DNA of 64,000 nt. Source: the human T2T-CHM13v2.0 reference genome, Homo sapiens. Position numbers and translations under genes: made by a program. Under the pieces are notes generated by a model. The model was not told the DNA's origin. It saw only the letters and a program-made list of their open reading frames with translations, and ran no database searches. The stretch is from the NCBI RefSeq assembly GCF_009914755.1, contig NC_060930.1; one strand, 5' to 3'. Below are positions 57,673-64,000 of this stretch, one piece after another (within the stretch, counting starts at the first letter, position 1; each line of letters begins with the position of its first letter).

Positions 57673-58448
57673 AACTTCTTGAAGCCCCATTTGCAGTATC
57701 AGCTCAAGTGGAAGAGTTTGCCTTCGGCTTGTCTACAGAAAATGCACGTTTCCTGAAAACGTGGTGGGAACTCTTGAAAGAGGGCTATGATTCTTCCTCA
57801 AAACCTGACAGCTGATTTGGCATGCTTCATTGTTTAATAACGACGGTGCAATAATTCATACTTCCTCATATATGATATTTGCACATGTGCAAAATGTATA
57901 GGATGATCTCTTTCCAGCATTTTTATGTATAATCAGAATGAATTTTTTCTTGGTTTTCTTGACTTTTGAGAAAGCAGAATTCTGATGCTGTTTTTGAAGC
58001 TGACTAGTACTTGTTTATCCTTAAATACATTCTGCCCTCTAAGCTTTTATAGAATCCTTTATGAGAGTTAATTTAATCAGTAGATAGTTAATATTAATAG
58101 TGCCATGGTGCTATAAGCAACAAACTAGGTACACTATTATTTGTTTTGTAACAAGATGCCAAGCATGCCAGAGTTTGAAGTAGAGTTTAATCTTATGGAC
58201 CAAGGGAGATAACTTTAAGATTGCCAATGGTAGATCCACCTCTATTAGGCTAAGTTCTCTAGAACCAATGACTGTGTCTTATTTACTTCTCTGTCCTCAG
58301 CATCTGAAACAGTGTCACACAACACTCACTAAATGTATGTTGAATAAAAAAGTTGACAAACATAATTAAATGCTATTTTTTTTCCTATACTTAGCATGAA
58401 GACTATAATTGTTTCTCTAAAAAAATGTATAAATCAGAACTTCATTGA

Positions 58449-58893
<445 letters not shown>

Positions 58894-58906
58894 AGGAATG
58901 CATATT

Positions 58907-59322
58907 TGATATGGTTTGGATCTGTGTCCCACCCAAATAGCATGGTCAATTGTAACCCCCAATGTTGGAAGTGGGGCCTAGTAGGAGGTGACTGGATCAT
59001 GGGGGTGGAGTTTTCATGAATGGCTTAGCACCATCCCCCCATGGTACTCTATAGTGAGTGGGTTCTCACAAGATCTGGTTGTTTAAAAGTTTGTGGCACC
59101 TCTCCTATCTCTCTCTTCCTTCTACTCTGGTCATGTGAAGACGCTTGCTTCCCCTTTGCTTTCCACCATGATTGAAACTTTCCTGAGGCCCCCCCACCGA
59201 AGCCAAGCAGCCTCATGCTTCCTGTACTGCCTGCAGAACCATGAGCCAATGAAACCTCTTTTCTTTATAAGTTACCCAGTCTCAGATATTTCTTTATAGC
59301 AATATGAGAACAGGTTAATACA
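58907..59322 (+). mobile_element. MSTA/MSTB solo LTR
   Basis: tgatatggtttggatctgtgtccc...ttaataca; perfect TSD atatt. Confidence 0.92.
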
Positions 59323-60487
59323 ATATTTTTCCCTGTTTAGTTCTATGGTTACCGCTTTTAATATTTTTTATATTTGGTATTTTTATATGTTTGATTGCTG
59401 TCTTTAAAGTGCCTTATTAAAATCATTGCTCTGTGCTATTACTTTTGGAGTTTTGCAAGTTGTTTATGTAATTATTCTGAAGAAGTGACTTTGTTTTCAA
59501 TGCATCTAATTTAAAGGATGTGATTGTCTTTCCATTATCTGACCTTAGTGACAATGTTCTATTTTGCTTGTCCTATATCTCATGTTGCTTTTTAGTGGTC
59601 TGTGTTATGCATCAGCAATTAAGCCAATTAATTCTCTACCAAATATAACTTCTGGATATCTTTGATATAGCATCTTAATTCTTTGTAGATATGGAGATGT
59701 GTACAGAAGTATATCCTAAAGCCCCACAATGGGGCTATGAAAAAGGACAGATGGACGGGCAAATAGTCTTGTTCAGCATATGAGGTCATAGTTCTTGATT
59801 AATTTTTTTAGTTAGAGATCACACATATAGTATGATTTCTATATCAAAGGTATGCTTATTTCAAAAAATATTTTTCTTACATGCCCTGAAAATTATAATT
59901 TTTTAAATGTGCAAAAATAAATTCTTATGAAAAGGAAATTTTAAATTCCCTGTTGGCCATGTTGAGTTTGAGATGCCTTTGGGGACACACAGAAGATTTT
60001 TGGATATAAAACTGCCTAAGGAAATAAGGAAGTTTATTTTCATTGGAACTATAGAAGGCAAGCAACAGCAGAAGACTGGAATAAGGGAGAAGTATAGAAA
60101 CTGTGGGCATGGTCATCCAAGAGAGGTTAGATGACTGTAGGGTTTTATGTTTAAGGATGTTGACTAAAGTACCCGGAATATGTGGCACAGTAGAATCACA
60201 TGGCTTCAGGATTTCTAATAGTGCCAATCTTAAGGGCTTCACTGATGAATGAGCTGACTCTACTATAGTCAAGACCTCGTGCAGCAAGTGCAGGGCACAA
60301 GGTAAGCACTGTGGTCTGTAGATTCAGACAGGGTGAGGCCTGAGGGGGTCAGAGGCCCTCTCTGTAGGGAATGAGGCCTGCTCAGGCACCAGGTTTCTCA
60401 GCTCTCCAACCTGAAGTCTGAAAAAAGAAGTGGATGGCATGGGCATGCACACATACACACACACAAATTACAGAAAAAGTTTAATTA

Positions 60488-60857
60488 TTGTGCACTGCAC
60501 ATTTGCATCCCCATAAAATTCATATGTCAAAGCCCTAATCCCCAGTATGATGATACTAGGAGGTGGGGCCTGTGGGAGTGATTAGGTTAGGATGTGTCAA
60601 GAGGGTGGAGCCCCCATGATGATATTAGTGCTCCTGTAAGAGGAAGGGACACCTGAGCCTCCTCTTTCTGCTATATAAGAACACAGCAGAAGATGCTGAA
60701 GGTGATCATCTGCAAGACAGGAAAGGGGTCCTCACCGCATCTGCTGGCACCTTGACCTTGGACTCCTCAGCCTCCAGAACTGTGATAAATCAATTTCTGC
60801 TCCTTAAACCACCTAGTCTGTGGTATTTTGTAATGGCAGCTTGAGCAGACTAAGATA
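60488..60857 (+). mobile_element. MLT1A-type solo LTR
   Basis: aaattcatatgtcaaagccctaatcccc...ctgctggcaccttgaccttggac...gcagactaagata. Confidence 0.85.
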
Positions 60858-61982
60858 ATCACGCTTCAAAGGATTTGTTTGGCTAGAGGGATTTTCCCTC
60901 TGCCCTTTCAGTGTGTTGGGCATCTCAGTTGCTGAAGAATGAGGCAAGGTACTTGATACTGATGGGAATAAATGATGGTTCACACCCCACAGTCAGCTTT
61001 CTACTTCACCATCTGTGAGAGGACAATGAGATCAGCCCCACTCTACCCCTTCCCTGCCACCCAGAGTGGAGGGAAAGCCCGCTTCTCATCCTTACTGGCT
61101 GGTCTGAGCCATACATGTGCCATGACCCAGTTACGGAACTTGCTTTCCCTGACACTGTTTCTGAAGTCACTGGCCCTCCAGACAGACATAAGCATCTCTT
61201 CTTTCTACAAACATCTGTTCTGTTGGGCCTCCAAGTGGGAGGGTGGGCACTTGGTGGCTGCCTGGCTCAGAAACTGCCCATTATGAGCAACAGATCATCT
61301 CGCCTTCCATTAAGTATGTGATTACAGCCAGATGCTGTGGTGATGGGCACACAGCTCCCTATAATAACCATAATTATGATCCTGGTGTTTCTTCAGCTCA
61401 ACATACTCTGAACTTCTGAAGTCAGAAGAAATTTGGAAGAATTGCTTATTAGAGGCTGCAATCAAATGGAGGAGGAGAACTTTTTTTAAGAAGGGTGGAA
61501 ATTCCCGCCTGACATCTTGGCTTCTGTACAACCTAACCTGACATCCTATGGTGTGGTTCTGGAGGCCGAAAGAACACACACTGGCTCCGCATTCCTGCTC
61601 TTATTTCTCTTCTTCCTTGATCTTTGCTCTGTCCCACCCCCATCTCTTCTGGCTTTTTCTCAGTTGCTTCTCCTGACTGGGAGGGAAAAACAAGCACCTG
61701 CTGGCCCACCAGCTCATGTTCCCCCTGCTATGGGGGCTTGCAGAGAGGTGCACCTCCCCTGCCCACTCGGGTGAAGTTCCTGGAATACCCAGGGAGAGGG
61801 GGTCGTTGGAAGTTAAAACTGGCGGCTTGCTGCGATGACTAACAGCCACCTGCGCTTGCCATTCTTGTGAGTCCATCTATTTGTGGAATATGGAGCTGTT
61901 TGGGGTATATTTGTGCATGTGCTAAGTCTTTACTTATAGGAGCACATTTAAAAGAGTCGGAAATCCAGTCTTTGAAGAAACA

Positions 61983-63122
<1,140 letters not shown>

Positions 63123-63124
63123 TA

Positions 63125-63800
63125 TGTACTATAAGTCTACTGCATGCCAGGCACTGTGCCAAGCTCCGGGGATACACTTTTGAACAAGAAAGACAGTTGC
63201 TACTCTCCTTCATGTTATTTGAGAGTAAAGAGAAAAATGACACAATAAAAAAGTAACCAATATGCTGTGATAGGGCCCTGAGAGGGACCGTGGGAGAACA
63301 GAGGAGAAGCAAAGAACCTCACAGTGGAGACCAGGGGAGGTCGCCCTGAGCAAGTCAGGTCAAAAGCCTGAAGTCTGAAGGAAGATAGGAGTTTACCAGG
63401 GAAAAGGTGGGGTGGAGCAGACGGATCTTCCAGGTGGAGGCAACTCAAAGTACCAAGGCCAGTGGGGACAGAGACAACAGCAATTCTGTGGGGTTGAAGT
63501 AATAGCACGTGCAAGTGTGTCCCAGACATTAAGGAGAGGAGGAAAAGAGTAATGAAGAGACACTGGAAGAAGAATGATGCAGACCCAGTAAGCCCACCGA
63601 GGAGTATGGCAGAAACCCGAGGGCACTCGGGAGCCACTGAAGAATGTCGTTTAGGAAATGACATGATCAGATTACATTTTAGAGAAGCCCTGCTGGCTGA
63701 GCCTGGAGAGGAGGAGAAGGAAGGAAGACCACTTAGAGGGGCACCTCTGTGCTCCAGATGAGAGATGGCAGTGGCCTGAGCTAGGAGACTAGCAGGAGAT
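63125..63800 (-). mobile_element. L2 fragment
   Basis: tgccaggcactgtgc...gacatgatcagattacattttagagaag...gatgagagatggcagtggcctg. Confidence 0.75.
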
Positions 63801-64000
63801 GGAGCTCACGGGACTTTGCTGCCTACTGGTCCTGCAGATCCCAGCCCAGGCATCTCAGAGCTCCCAGGGCTTCTCCATGTCTGTGTGCCAGTTTGACACT
63901 CATGTCCTCCTCCTATTTTTTATTCTTCAAATACTTGCATGGTATTTACCATATGCCAGGCACTGAGTGCATTAGAAATGCTAATTCATTATGTGCCAGA

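Overview
Human (primate) genomic DNA, mostly repeat-derived. The first ~10.7 kb hold the 3' end of AIG1 (androgen-induced 1, a multipass FAHFA hydrolase) on the + strand: a 164-nt coding exon, an 18-nt GC-donor micro-exon plus an alternative C-terminal exon, and the terminal exon ending ...SMEEEKEKPKLE*. About 2 kb downstream on the same strand is a full-length processed pseudogene of PARL. It sits with an MLT1 LTR, an Alu and an L1 inside a decayed ERV-L pol. The rest is intergenic, packed with Alu, L1, L2, MIR, MaLR LTRs and hAT/Tigger DNA transposons; nearly all listed ORFs are spurious. The most unusual structure is a ~356-bp, ~96% identical inverted repeat (32645-33000 / 33319-33675) inside an old hAT element with an 8-bp TSD. 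Several other local templated duplications, inverted and direct, lie between 22 and 56 kb. Repeat subfamily names come from recognising consensus motifs by eye and need RepeatMasker/Dfam confirmation; identity figures are manual counts.
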